Virus record (IMG/VR): IMGVR_UViG_3300035670_000025
Length of the DNA stretch: 64,000 nucleotides
Strand: one strand, 5' to 3'
DNA from: a virus
Shown: one piece after another, positions 1 to 9,515 of the stretch
Layout of the letters: the number at the start of each line of letters is the position of its first letter
Position numbering within the stretch: position 1 is the first letter of the stretch
The notes under the pieces: model-generated
Told to the model about the DNA's origin: nothing
Database searches by the model: none
Seen by the model: only the letters and a program-made list of their open reading frames with translations
Translations under genes and position numbers: made by a program

Positions 1-8
1 TATGTGAT

Positions 9-308
9 ATGAATGATTATCAAAAAGAATATTGCTCTATGATTACATATAAAGTAATTCCCAGAGATTCATATGTTCAATTGACAGGTAAAGTGATAGA
101 TGTCGAAATTATCATTTATCATATTGATGAAGAAGAAAGTCCTATTCTAACAGGTAGACTTGATTGGCAAGATGGTCTACATATCTGGCAGGCAGAATGT
201 ATTGATCCTTTCACATGGTCAACAGTTGCCAATCAAATGCTCTTGGCAATGAAAGCAGCAAAAGAACTGATAGATCCTGTGACATATTGTGCTGGTGAAC
301 CAGAATGA
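9..308 (+). CDS. hypothetical phage protein
   Basis: 99-aa ORF, first of a chain of ATGA-overlapped small ORFs. Confidence 0.6.
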   Translation: MNDYQKEYCSMITYKVIPRDSYVQLTGKVIDVEIIIYHIDEEESPILTGRLDWQDGLHIWQAECIDPFTWSTVANQMLLAMKAAKELIDPVTYCAGEPE

Positions 309-493
309 GTTACCATATCTTTGATGAAACAACATCTCAAATAAACAAAATATTTCATGATGTTTTAGATAAAACAGAAATAAATTATGAATTAGAAAGA
401 TTGATGGGTTTAAGAGCATCACAATTTGTTGGTATCTTTATTGAAAGAAATGTTTATGATGCTATTAATATGGAATTGAAAGATGATCTATAA
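305..493 (+). CDS. hypothetical protein
   Basis: ATGA overlap with the previous ORF. Confidence 0.6.
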   Translation: MSYHIFDETTSQINKIFHDVLDKTEINYELERLMGLRASQFVGIFIERNVYDAINMELKDDL

Positions 494-713
494 AGATATC
501 CTTGATAAATTAAAGTCAGATTCACAGATAGTTGAACTTGCCAGAAAACAAGCAGCAAAGTTTGATGATCCAGATAAAACAACTTTCAATATTCCATTAT
601 ACGAAAGTCTTATTGCTGCTTGTGTAAATGAGACTTGTCATCAGATGGGATTAGCATTATCAGAGACAGAAGAATTTCGTAAGATTCTGTTAGAGAATAT
701 GGAGAAGTTGTGA
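483..713 (+). CDS. hypothetical protein
   Basis: Tightly packed in the operon. Confidence 0.6.
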   Translation: MIYKDILDKLKSDSQIVELARKQAAKFDDPDKTTFNIPLYESLIAACVNETCHQMGLALSETEEFRKILLENMEKL

Positions 714-952
714 TGAATAGACCACCATGTAAAGAATGTAATGGAACCGGTGAAGTTGTCTTCACTAAAGAACGTGGTGGTCCTGTCTGCAATAACTGTG
801 GTGGTAATGGACACTTGACAGATGAGATAATTCAGCGTACAATGGCATCTATCATGGATCATCCATCAGTGTATATGGGTGGTCCATCTCATGGTAACAT
901 GAAAAGAGCACAGAAAATTATTGATTTCTTGAAGAAAGAAGGTTTGCTATGA
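710..952 (+). CDS. small DnaJ-type zinc-finger protein
   Basis: Two CxxCxGxG motifs (CKECNGTG, CNNCGGNG); GGAG RBS. Confidence 0.7.
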   Translation: MMNRPPCKECNGTGEVVFTKERGGPVCNNCGGNGHLTDEIIQRTMASIMDHPSVYMGGPSHGNMKRAQKIIDFLKKEGLL

Positions 953-1176
953 TTTTGAATAACATGATGATTATTGATCGTAACAGGGTTGAAGAATCAA
1001 GAAGAGCAATTATTATGTTTGACTATGTGATCATTCGTGAAGAAGATAATACATATACTTTCTTAAAGAACAGACATAACGGAATTAACTATTCAGGATT
1101 GTCTGAATATCAGTTGAATGAAAAACTGAATGATATTGCTATTGGTATTATACCCGAAGGAATAGATAATGTCTGA
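949..1176 (+). CDS. hypothetical protein
   Basis: ATGA overlap. Confidence 0.6.
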   Translation: MILNNMMIIDRNRVEESRRAIIMFDYVIIREEDNTYTFLKNRHNGINYSGLSEYQLNEKLNDIAIGIIPEGIDNV

Positions 1177-1396
1177 AGATACCTCACTAAAATGTATTCT
1201 AGCAGTTTATCTGTTTGTATTATCATCCGTTGTTTTTTATGGTGTTGATATTATTATACAACACTTGTTTCATAAGAATATTGACTGGACTAAATACATC
1301 AGCAATGCACTATCTCATGGTTTTATGGTAGCATTTGGTGCAACACAAGGATGGTCATACTGCAAAGACTGGTATGAAGGAGAAAATAATGGATAA
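1169..1396 (+). CDS. small predicted membrane protein
   Basis: Hydrophobic stretch CILAVYLFVLSSVVFYGV. Confidence 0.6.
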   Translation: MSEDTSLKCILAVYLFVLSSVVFYGVDIIIQHLFHKNIDWTKYISNALSHGFMVAFGATQGWSYCKDWYEGENNG

Positions 1397-1748
1397 AGAC
1401 AAACAATTAACAGATGAACAATCTTTTCATGAACATCTTCTTAATGTTTTAGATTATGATCCTAATACCGGCATTTTTACTTGGAAAATTGAAAAATCAA
1501 CTGGTGGTGCTAGAATAAAAGGAAAAAGGGCAGGTTCAATATATTATAAAGGTTATAGATATATAAAGATAAACAAAAAAAGATATAGAGCAGGACGATT
1601 AGCTTTTTTTTATGTTCATAAAAGATTTCCTAAAAATACAATAGATCATATAAACAGACAAAGAGACGATGATAGAATTGAAAATTTAAGAGAAGCAGAT
1701 TTCAATATTCAAAATAAAAATAGGAAATTTAAAAATGGAAAAAAATAA
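1389..1748 (+). CDS. HNH homing-type endonuclease (HNH_3-like, no AP2 domain)
   Basis: LDYDPNTGIFTW...KRAGS...GYRYIKI...IDHINRQRDDDRIENLR; start moved to the ATG at 1389 after AAGGAG. Confidence 0.85.
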   Translation: MDKDKQLTDEQSFHEHLLNVLDYDPNTGIFTWKIEKSTGGARIKGKRAGSIYYKGYRYIKINKKRYRAGRLAFFYVHKRFPKNTIDHINRQRDDDRIENLREADFNIQNKNRKFKNGKK

Positions 1749-1869
1749 AATTCAAGAAGGATGGTTATGTCCTAGATGTGGTTCTGTTAACGCACCACAA
1801 AAAGATAAATGTCAATGTATTAAGACAGAAGATACTGATAAAGATACTCGTCAACTATTGGTGGAATAA
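1735..1869 (+). CDS. 44-aa zinc-ribbon protein (not in ORF track)
   Basis: Hand translation MEKNKIQEGWLCPRCGSVNAPQKDKCQC...QLLVE. Confidence 0.7.
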   Translation: MEKNKIQEGWLCPRCGSVNAPQKDKCQCIKTEDTDKDTRQLLVE

Positions 1870-1871
1870 TC

Positions 1872-2081
1872 ATGAAAACCGTGAACCTAGACATTCTTGA
1901 ACTTATTGAAAATGAAGATGGTACATGTGATGTCAAATTTGAAATGGATGAAGACACAAAATATGCACTTGTTCAATATGCACTAAAGCATATCATCATT
2001 GAAGCAGCAACTAAAACTATAAAAGAAAACACAACAACAACGGACAGTGAAAATGGAAACCCTCAATTGTTGGTTGATTAA
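1872..2081 (+). CDS. hypothetical protein
   Basis: 69-aa ORF abutting the previous stop. Confidence 0.65.
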   Translation: MKTVNLDILELIENEDGTCDVKFEMDEDTKYALVQYALKHIIIEAATKTIKENTTTTDSENGNPQLLVD

Positions 2082-2259
2082 GAACCAATGGAAGTTGTCG
2101 AGTTTACTAGAAATTACTTTTGTATCAATGTTATTCATAATTAATAGAGCAACCCAATGATAGAAACTGTCGTTGGGGTTTTTTATGTTTTGGGTACTTT
2201 TGTATTGACAATGATTTGTCTCATCTGTATAATCATAAGTGTCTATGAAATGAATAGTA

Positions 2260-2508
2260 ATGGAGATAGAGATGAAAGAATTACTAGAAGAGATTCAGAT
2301 AGCATCAAATAGAAATCCTGATTTATCAATATTAGACTTGATTGAATATGTAACAAACTTCAAATATCCAACAAGGAAAATGGATAGTGACTATTTTCGT
2401 AATAGTTGTTCTAGATTTGAAGATGATTTTGTTAGAATGACACCGAAATATCATTTAACAAATTATGATATCTTAAGAGCATTTAAGACTTATAATAAGA
2501 CAAAGTAA
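2260..2508 (+). CDS. hypothetical protein
   Basis: ORF with TAATG coupling to the next gene. Confidence 0.6.
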   Translation: MEIEMKELLEEIQIASNRNPDLSILDLIEYVTNFKYPTRKMDSDYFRNSCSRFEDDFVRMTPKYHLTNYDILRAFKTYNKTK

Positions 2509-2696
2509 TGATAGATAAACAAACAATAATAGAAATACTGGTTGAATCAGAATCAATTCAACCAGTATCTAAGAATGATATCATTGCAGAAAAACTATTA
2601 TCCCTTATTCAAGATGAAATTAATGCTGCATATCAAGAAGGATATGATTCTGCACATTTATGGTGGGATAAAGATTCATCAGAATACTATAAGTAG
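2508..2696 (+). CDS. hypothetical protein
   Basis: TAATG coupling. Confidence 0.6.
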   Translation: MIDKQTIIEILVESESIQPVSKNDIIAEKLLSLIQDEINAAYQEGYDSAHLWWDKDSSEYYK

Positions 2697-2903
2697 TTAC
2701 TTAACGTATTTCTGAATTCTTTCATATAGTTCTTTTGCTGCTCTCTTAACTTCCTCTGGTGTTCCATCTTTTGGATTACCAGTTGGATAATTAACTACAT
2801 TTCCGTCACTATCAAATGTAACGGTTTTGATATCAGGTTTATTCTTATTTGATATTTCAATATTTCTGAATGATTTAAAAAAATCAAAAAATCCTCCAAA
2901 CAT
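2697..2903 (-). CDS. hypothetical protein, probably late-expressed
   Basis: AAGGAG RBS and CATAAATA upstream on the minus strand. Confidence 0.7.
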   Translation of the reverse strand: MFGGFFDFFKSFRNIEISNKNKPDIKTVTFDSDGNVVNYPTGNPKDGTPEEVKRAAKELYERIQKYVK

Positions 2904-2934
2904 TGTTTTCTCCTTTTGTTAGAACCAACTCAAG

Positions 2935-2957
2935 TATTTATGTTGATTTCATAAATA
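2935..2957. promoter_or_regulatory. divergent pair of T4-type late promoter variants (CATAAATA)
   Basis: TATTTATG at 2935-2942 and CATAAATA at 2950-2957, between divergent genes. Confidence 0.55.
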
Positions 2958-2979
2958 ATAATACGAAAGGAGAAAATAA

Positions 2980-3276
2980 ATGAGTGCAGATGATTGTATT
3001 GCAATTTTAGAAACCTCGGTATATCCTTCATGGAATGTACGAGAATATAGGGTTGAACATTGTCAAGCAATAGATAATGTTCAGATTTCTCCATATTACG
3101 TATTTCATTATTTTAAAAAATCTCCTACATTTGATACTTTACAAGATGCCCTTACATATGCTAGACAATTAGAAAAAAGATTTGGTCCAACAGAATATGG
3201 TATTCTCAAAATTACAAAGTATAGTAAATTCATGTGGGAAGAAATATATGAATTGGTACAACGAAAGGTGAAATAA
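2980..3276 (+). CDS. hypothetical protein
   Basis: Strong AAGGAG RBS. Confidence 0.7.
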   Translation: MSADDCIAILETSVYPSWNVREYRVEHCQAIDNVQISPYYVFHYFKKSPTFDTLQDALTYARQLEKRFGPTEYGILKITKYSKFMWEEIYELVQRKVK

Positions 3277-3277
3277 T

Positions 3278-3511
3278 ATGATTACAATTTATACAAGAGA
3301 TGGATGTTCGTTTTGTGATAAAGCAAAACAAATAATGAATGAAAATAATATGAAGTATACAGAAATGATTATAGGTGAAAATATTCAGAGGGAAGAAGTT
3401 ATTCAAAAATTTCCAGGTATTAAATTACTACCTATAATTGTAAATGTAGATGGAACTCTACTTGGAGGATATGATGCTTTAGTAAAGCATATGCAACAAA
3501 AAAGTGCTTGA
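3278..3511 (+). CDS. glutaredoxin (NrdC/NrdH-like)
   Basis: IYTRDGCSFCDKAK, LLPII, LGGY. Confidence 0.9.
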   Translation: MITIYTRDGCSFCDKAKQIMNENNMKYTEMIIGENIQREEVIQKFPGIKLLPIIVNVDGTLLGGYDALVKHMQQKSA

Positions 3512-3536
3512 CAATTGGATTGTGGTGTGTTATAGT
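3508..3536 (+). promoter_or_regulatory. early sigma70-type promoter
   Basis: A-tract, GTGC, TTGACA-N17-TATAGT with extended TG. Confidence 0.85.
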
Positions 3537-3564
3537 ATGAACATAATGATGAGAGGAGAATATA

Positions 3565-3813
3565 ATGTTTGCTCGTGAAGAACTGCTTGATGTCCTTCGT
3601 ACTGGTACGGTCAATGTAACCTTTACAAAGAAGGATGGAACTGAACGTAATATGCGTTGTACTCTTCGTGAAGCAATGATTCCAACAGAAGCATTGCCAA
3701 CTGGTGAAAGCACACGAAAGAAGTCTGATGCAGTGATTTCTGTATTTGATCTTGAAAAGGATGATTGGAGATCATTCCGAGTAGATTCAGTGACATCTTA
3801 TCAGGTAGAGTAA
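3565..3813 (+). CDS. WYL_2/DUF2693 Sm-like SH3-barrel protein
   Basis: VTFTKKDGTERNMRCTL...VFDLEKDDWRSFRVDSV. Confidence 0.85.
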   Translation: MFAREELLDVLRTGTVNVTFTKKDGTERNMRCTLREAMIPTEALPTGESTRKKSDAVISVFDLEKDDWRSFRVDSVTSYQVE

Positions 3814-3818
3814 TATAT

Positions 3819-3850
3819 AGACCATAGGAGAAATCCTATGGTCTTTTTTT
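3819..3850 (+). terminator. Rho-independent terminator
   Basis: AGACCATAGGA-GAAA-TCCTATGGTCT followed by a T-run. Confidence 0.85.
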
Positions 3851-3866
3851 ATATGGAGAAAATGAA

Positions 3867-4565
3867 ATGGCAGTAGTTAGACTATTTACAGAAGAAGTAT
3901 TTGGAACAGATTCACAAGAGTATGATATTCTCGTCAATGCTGTAAATCAGATTAGAGGAGTTTCTGGGGCAGTTGTAGAAATTGGTACTAGACGTGGTGG
4001 TTCTGCCAAGATGGTCATAGATACTCTTGCAAACAACGCAGATACTAATCGTTCTATGTTCTGCATTGATCCTTATGGTAATATTGAAATCCCATGTACA
4101 AATTATAACATGGCAATTCATTATCCAGGAGTTGTAATTGAAGGTGATCCTACTTCCAAAGAAATCACATCACAACGCAGATTTGATTATACAAATGATA
4201 TGAGAAATAGAACAATTCCATCATTATATTATTGTGCATATCAAGCAGGATTGAATTTCACCTTTTTCTGTTTAGAAGATACCGAGTTCTTTAAACGATA
4301 TGCAGATGGCGTTCCTGTATATAACAATTTCAAGAAGATTGAAAATGAATATGCATTTGTTTTCTTTGATGGTCCTCACGATAATCCATCAGTAGAACTA
4401 GAAACCAAGTTCTTTATTGAAAGATCTGTAGTTGGTTCTGTATATGTCTATGATGATATTTGGATGTATGACCACGATAAGATCGAAACAGATTTGTTGT
4501 TTCCGAATGGTTTTGAAGTTCTGGAAAGAAGAGATATTAAGGCAAGTTATAAGAGGGTTAAATGA
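3867..4565 (+). CDS. class I SAM-dependent methyltransferase (Methyltransf_24/TylF-like, possibly a sugar O-methyltransferase)
   Basis: VVEIGTRRGGS, IDPY, FFDGPH, VYDD motifs. Confidence 0.75.
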   Translation: MAVVRLFTEEVFGTDSQEYDILVNAVNQIRGVSGAVVEIGTRRGGSAKMVIDTLANNADTNRSMFCIDPYGNIEIPCTNYNMAIHYPGVVIEGDPTSKEITSQRRFDYTNDMRNRTIPSLYYCAYQAGLNFTFFCLEDTEFFKRYADGVPVYNNFKKIENEYAFVFFDGPHDNPSVELETKFFIERSVVGSVYVYDDIWMYDHDKIETDLLFPNGFEVLERRDIKASYKRVK

Positions 4566-4978
4566 TAGTTGGATTTACATGCGGTGCATTTGATCTTTTA
4601 CATCCTGGACATCTTGCTTTATTTAAAGAAGCAAGACAACATTGTGATTATTTAATCGTTGGACTGCATACCAATCCTCAAACAGATCGTTCATACAAAA
4701 ACATTCCTATTCAATCAATGTATGAACGATATGTACAATTGGTGTCTTGTAAATTAGTAAATCAAGTAATTCCATATGACACAGAAAATGATTTAGAAAA
4801 CATTCTAGCAATAGAATCAATTAATGTAAGATTTATGGGAGAAGAATATCTTGGTCAATCGATAACAGGACAAAAGATATGTGAAGAGAGAAATATCAAG
4901 ATTGTTTATTTAAATAGAAAACATAGTTATAGTTCAACTGAATTGAGGAAAAGAATTGAAAAAAGCAGTGTTCTTTGA
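4562..4978 (+). CDS. HxGH nucleotidyltransferase (TagD/RfaE-like cytidylyltransferase family)
   Basis: GAFDLLHPGH, LIVGL, YSSTELR. Confidence 0.9.
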   Translation: MIVGFTCGAFDLLHPGHLALFKEARQHCDYLIVGLHTNPQTDRSYKNIPIQSMYERYVQLVSCKLVNQVIPYDTENDLENILAIESINVRFMGEEYLGQSITGQKICEERNIKIVYLNRKHSYSSTELRKRIEKSSVL

Positions 4979-5501
4979 TAGAGATGGTGTTATTAATGAA
5001 TTAGTAGAAAGAAAAGATGGTTCTTTTACTTCTCCATGGACTTTGGCAGAATTTAAGTTTTTTCCAAAAGTAAAAGAATCTTTTTCATTAGTTCAATCTT
5101 TAGGATTCATGACCTTCATCGTTACAAATCAACCTGGAGTAAAAGATGGAGATATGAGCAAAGATGAACTTGATCTTATTTGTGATATGTTAAAATCAAC
5201 TCTACAAATTGATGAAATCGTTTGTGCTTTAGATAAAAGTTCAAACGATTACAAACCTAATAATGGAATGTTTGAATATCTTATCAATAAGTATGATATT
5301 GATAGAGACAATAGTTATTTGATTGGAGATAGATGGAAAGACATTGTTCCAGGAAATAGAAGTGGTTTGAAAACCATTTTTGTTGGGAATGAATATAAGT
5401 ATTCATGTCCTCCAGAATATGATTTCTGTTATCCTGTTTATAAAACAACTAATATATACAATGCTTGTCATACAATTATGGAGATAGAGAATGCAAGATA
5501 A
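4956..5501 (+). CDS. gmhB: heptose-1,7-bisphosphate phosphatase (HAD IIIA)
   Basis: FFDRDGVIN, VTNQPG, KPNNGM, IGDRWKD; TTG start; pathway context. Confidence 0.85.
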   Translation: MKKAVFFDRDGVINELVERKDGSFTSPWTLAEFKFFPKVKESFSLVQSLGFMTFIVTNQPGVKDGDMSKDELDLICDMLKSTLQIDEIVCALDKSSNDYKPNNGMFEYLINKYDIDRDNSYLIGDRWKDIVPGNRSGLKTIFVGNEYKYSCPPEYDFCYPVYKTTNIYNACHTIMEIENAR

Positions 5502-6543
5502 TTTTGATTTGATGGAAACAAATGAAATTTCTAACTCAAATGCATCAGGTGGAACTGAGATGTATATGAGGTTTCTATATGATGGTCATATTCCTCGACA
5601 TCTATTAGAAAATGTTCAAATCATTCCAAGTAGATTACGACAACTAAAAGAAGATAAAATACGAATTTGGTTTGAACATAATCTACCAAATGATCCAGAA
5701 AGTAGAAAACCTTTTGAATCTGAAGAAATGAAAAACAGTTTTCATAAAATGGTGTTTTTATCTAATTGGCATTATAATACTTTCGTAGCAGCAATTGGTG
5801 CACCATATTCATCACAATGTAGTGTTATAGAAGGTGGTATGCATTGTATAGATTCATATGAAAAAGATCCTGAACTACCAAAGAAACCAGATCCAAAGAA
5901 AGTAGTGAATATATCATATCATACAACCCCACATCGTGGATTGGAATTGCTGGTTCCTGTATTTTTGAAATTGGCAGAAGAAGATAAGAACATTCATCTT
6001 CATGTGCATTCTTCTTTTAAAATGTATGGTTGGGATGCTAGAGATCAACAATATGAAAAGTTATTTAATATTTGTAAAGATCATCCACAAATAACATATC
6101 ATGGATTTACAAAGCATACTGATTTAATAAAAGAATTGAGAGATAACTATCATATTTTTGCATATCCAAATATATGGCCAGAAACCATGTGCAGAGCATT
6201 GCTTGAAGCAATGTATTATGGTATGGTATGTGTTCATCCAGACCTAGCAGCATTACCAGATACTTCTGGTGCTTTGAATAAGTATATGTATAATGGTTCT
6301 GAGAATCCTAATGAACATGCTGGAATTCATTATTTGAATCTTAAACAAGCAATTGAAGATGTAAGAAATAATGACCCATCTCATATAGAATCATTAAAGT
6401 TTATTCGTAGATATATTCAAAATAGATATAATACAGAATTTGTTTATAGTAAGTGGATACGAATTCTAGAAGAGTTGAATGCTAAGTATCCTACAGCAGA
6501 ATCAAGAGCACTTCCAACCAAATATTTTGTTTATAGAACTTGA
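5491..6543 (+). CDS. GT-B glycosyltransferase (GT4-like)
   Basis: GGTE, TPHRGL, and the EX7E motif ETMCRALLE. Confidence 0.85.
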   Translation: MQDNFDLMETNEISNSNASGGTEMYMRFLYDGHIPRHLLENVQIIPSRLRQLKEDKIRIWFEHNLPNDPESRKPFESEEMKNSFHKMVFLSNWHYNTFVAAIGAPYSSQCSVIEGGMHCIDSYEKDPELPKKPDPKKVVNISYHTTPHRGLELLVPVFLKLAEEDKNIHLHVHSSFKMYGWDARDQQYEKLFNICKDHPQITYHGFTKHTDLIKELRDNYHIFAYPNIWPETMCRALLEAMYYGMVCVHPDLAALPDTSGALNKYMYNGSENPNEHAGIHYLNLKQAIEDVRNNDPSHIESLKFIRRYIQNRYNTEFVYSKWIRILEELNAKYPTAESRALPTKYFVYRT

Positions 6544-6550
6544 GGATAAT

Positions 6551-7516
6551 ATGAAAACAGTTTTGATTACTGGTTGTTGTGGATTTATCGGAAGCAATCT
6601 TACATTAAGGTTGCTTCAATCTAACATCAGAATTATTGGTGTAAGTAGATTTCAACCAATGCATGAAAAAATTCTTCAAGAATTAAATGAATACAATAAT
6701 TTTAAATTTTATGATATAGATTTGTCAAAACCTAATTCTCTAAATGAGATTGTTGAATCTGATATTGAAATGGTATTTCATTTAGCAGCAAATGCAGATG
6801 TTAGATTTAGTTCTGTTTATCCTGACAAAGATATTAATGATGGAATACTTGCAACTTATAATGTTCTTCGTTGGATCAAACAAAGAGAAATTAAAAAGAT
6901 TGCTTATTCATCTACTTCAGCAGTATATGGAGATTCAGAAATAATTCCTACTCCAGAAAATAGTTCTTTTATACAAACATCATTTTATGGAGCAGCAAAA
7001 TTAGCAGGTGAAGGATTAGTACAAGCACATTGTGCCGCATATGATACACAATCTTGGATCTTTAGATATTCATCAATAACAGGTCCAAGATATTCTCATG
7101 GATTCATTTATAATTTTTATTCCATGTTGAAAAAGAATCCTAATGAATTATATGTACATGGTGGTAAAGATCAAAGAAAAACATATTTGGATGTAGATGA
7201 TTGTATAGATGCAATGTTAACAATTGTTAGTAATACTAATAATCCTGTTAATATATTCAATATAGGAAATACAACTACTTGTAGTCTCACAGAATCTATT
7301 CCAATTATTATTAATTATATGAAAATTAATCCTGAGATTACTTGGTCGGGCAATGAAGTAGGATGGATTGGTGATAGTAAGATCAATTATTTAGATGTGT
7401 CCCGATTAATTTCTCTGGGATGGAATCCAAAATATTCTATACCAGAAACAATTGTTCGTACATTAGATTGGTTAGAAAACAATCAGTGGATCTTGGATGT
7501 TAGAGAAGAAATATAA
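6551..7516 (+). CDS. NAD-dependent nucleotide-sugar epimerase/dehydratase (extended SDR)
   Basis: TGCCGFIGS, HLAA, SSTSAVYG, YGAAK; start at 6551 after GAGGA. Confidence 0.9.
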   Translation: MKTVLITGCCGFIGSNLTLRLLQSNIRIIGVSRFQPMHEKILQELNEYNNFKFYDIDLSKPNSLNEIVESDIEMVFHLAANADVRFSSVYPDKDINDGILATYNVLRWIKQREIKKIAYSSTSAVYGDSEIIPTPENSSFIQTSFYGAAKLAGEGLVQAHCAAYDTQSWIFRYSSITGPRYSHGFIYNFYSMLKKNPNELYVHGGKDQRKTYLDVDDCIDAMLTIVSNTNNPVNIFNIGNTTTCSLTESIPIIINYMKINPEITWSGNEVGWIGDSKINYLDVSRLISLGWNPKYSIPETIVRTLDWLENNQWILDVREEI

Positions 7517-8493
7517 TGATATTAACAAAAACTCCTTTAAGAATAAGTTTCTTTGGTGGTGGCAGTGATATACCACAATATTATGAAAACAATGAAGGAT
7601 TGGTAGTATCAACTACTATCAATCAACACATTTACATTGCTTCAAATTTTTGTGTTGCAGATCATATCAAACTTGTTTATTCTAAAATGGAATATCCAAA
7701 AACTATTGATGATATAGAACACGATAGAATCAAAGAAATTCTAAAGCATTATGATATTAAAAATAACATTGAAATTGCTAGTTTCTCTGATGTTCCTACA
7801 AAAGGAACTGGACTTGGTTCATCATCTACATTTACTGTAGGACTGATTAATGCTTTACATTATATGAAATATAATTGTGCATTGAGTCCAGCAATGTTAG
7901 CAGAATTGTCGTCTTATATTGAAATTGATAGATGCAAACAACCTATTGGAAAACAAGACCAATATGCAGCAGCATATGGTGGATTGAATTGTTTCATATT
8001 TAATAAGTATGATGTAGAAGTAAAACCAATTGAAATTAATTTCTTCACTAAACAAAACTTAAATCAAAGATTATTTTTTGTTAATACAAAAACAGATAGA
8101 TTTGCTTCTGATATATTGGCAGAACAAGTTCAAAATCTATCAGAAAATAAAAAAGTATCTGATGTATCAATATTAGTTGATATGGCAGAAAAATCTATTT
8201 CCTATCTACAACAAAACAAATTAGATGACTTTGGTTCATTATTGCATGAATCTTGGAAAGTTAAAAAAACACTATCAACAAATATCACCAATCCTTTATT
8301 AGATGAAATATATGATTATGGGTTGAAATCTGGTGCACTTGGTGGTAAGTTGTTAGGTGCTGGTGGAGGAGGATATTTTATGTTCTATGTACCAGAACAA
8401 AATCAAAATAAATTCCTTGATTTATTTTCAAATAAAAATCTAGTGAAATTTAAATTTACAGATAAAGGCAGTTCTATAGAGATGTGTTCATGA
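7516..8493 (+). CDS. hddA: D-glycero-alpha-D-manno-heptose-7-phosphate kinase (GHMP)
   Basis: TPLRISFFGGGSD, GTGLGSSS, GKQDQYAAAYGG, GKLLGAGGGG. Confidence 0.9.
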   Translation: MILTKTPLRISFFGGGSDIPQYYENNEGLVVSTTINQHIYIASNFCVADHIKLVYSKMEYPKTIDDIEHDRIKEILKHYDIKNNIEIASFSDVPTKGTGLGSSSTFTVGLINALHYMKYNCALSPAMLAELSSYIEIDRCKQPIGKQDQYAAAYGGLNCFIFNKYDVEVKPIEINFFTKQNLNQRLFFVNTKTDRFASDILAEQVQNLSENKKVSDVSILVDMAEKSISYLQQNKLDDFGSLLHESWKVKKTLSTNITNPLLDEIYDYGLKSGALGGKLLGAGGGGYFMFYVPEQNQNKFLDLFSNKNLVKFKFTDKGSSIEMCS

Positions 8494-9071
8494 ATAATTA
8501 TATCATATCTTACCAAAAGATGTTAAATGATGCATTAAATCAAATAAATCTTTTTTCATTGGAAGAAGTAAAACGATCTTTATTATCATGTGCAAATAAT
8601 AATAAAACAATTTTTGTATGTGGTAATGGAGGTTCTTCTGCTATATCAGAACATCTTTCATGTGATCATATGAAAGGAATTAGAACAGATACTGAAGTAC
8701 ATACTAAAGTTATTTCATTGACTTCTAATGTTTCCTTGTTAACTGCTATTGCCAATGATTTTGGATATGAATATGTATTCAGCAAACAATTGGAATGGTA
8801 TGGATCAGAGAATTGTGTATTGTTTGTAATATCATCTAGTGGAAATTCAAAAAATGTTGTTACTGCAATTAAAACTGCTAAAGAATTGAATATAAAAACC
8901 ATATCATTTGTTGGTTTTGATGGAGGAGAATGTAAAAAACTTAGTGATATATGCATTCATGTTAACTCTAACAATTATGGTATTGTAGAAGATTGTCATC
9001 AAATATTGATGCATTCTTTAGCACAAGATATTAGATTAGAATATTCTTTTAATAAAAAAATCATACTATAA
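8490..9071 (+). CDS. gmhA: phosphoheptose isomerase (SIS domain)
   Basis: CGNGGS, TAIANDFGY, ISSSGNS, VEDCHQ. Confidence 0.9.
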   Translation: MNNYIISYQKMLNDALNQINLFSLEEVKRSLLSCANNNKTIFVCGNGGSSAISEHLSCDHMKGIRTDTEVHTKVISLTSNVSLLTAIANDFGYEYVFSKQLEWYGSENCVLFVISSSGNSKNVVTAIKTAKELNIKTISFVGFDGGECKKLSDICIHVNSNNYGIVEDCHQILMHSLAQDIRLEYSFNKKIIL

Positions 9072-9077
9072 ATCTTA

Positions 9078-9106
9078 TTGACAACAATCTCTGTCTTTGC
9101 TATGGT
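9078..9106 (+). promoter_or_regulatory. early sigma70-type promoter
   Basis: TTGACA-N17-TATGGT with extended TG. Confidence 0.65.
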
Positions 9107-9134
9107 AGATCATAACTCTAACACAGGAATAAAA

Positions 9135-9515
9135 ATGTCAAATAACATTATTACTTTTCCTATTAAAAATAAATCAGTTCCTTCTCCCCCTACAATTGAA
9201 GAAGTAAGAGAAAACATTCTCACACAAAAAGAAGAACAGATTGAAGAGATTTCAGAAATCTTAGCAAATCTACTTCTTGAACAAATTGCTAATGCTGGTT
9301 TTCATTTATCAAATGATGATAAAACAGTAAAAGAACTTTGTTTTTGCATGGAAGCATTGAAAGCATTGATGTGTAAGTATTATGATATTGAACATCCATT
9401 CCATGCATTTGCTAATGCTTGTTTTGAACAAGTAGATGATGATAGAATCGTTTTTATTGCCCCAACCTTCAAAGAAAAAATTGAAATCAAAGAAGAACCA
9501 AATGATAATCCTTGA
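9135..9515 (+). CDS. hypothetical protein
   Basis: Start MSNNIITFP after AGGA; lies directly upstream of rnh. Confidence 0.7.
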   Translation: MSNNIITFPIKNKSVPSPPTIEEVRENILTQKEEQIEEISEILANLLLEQIANAGFHLSNDDKTVKELCFCMEALKALMCKYYDIEHPFHAFANACFEQVDDDRIVFIAPTFKEKIEIKEEPNDNP

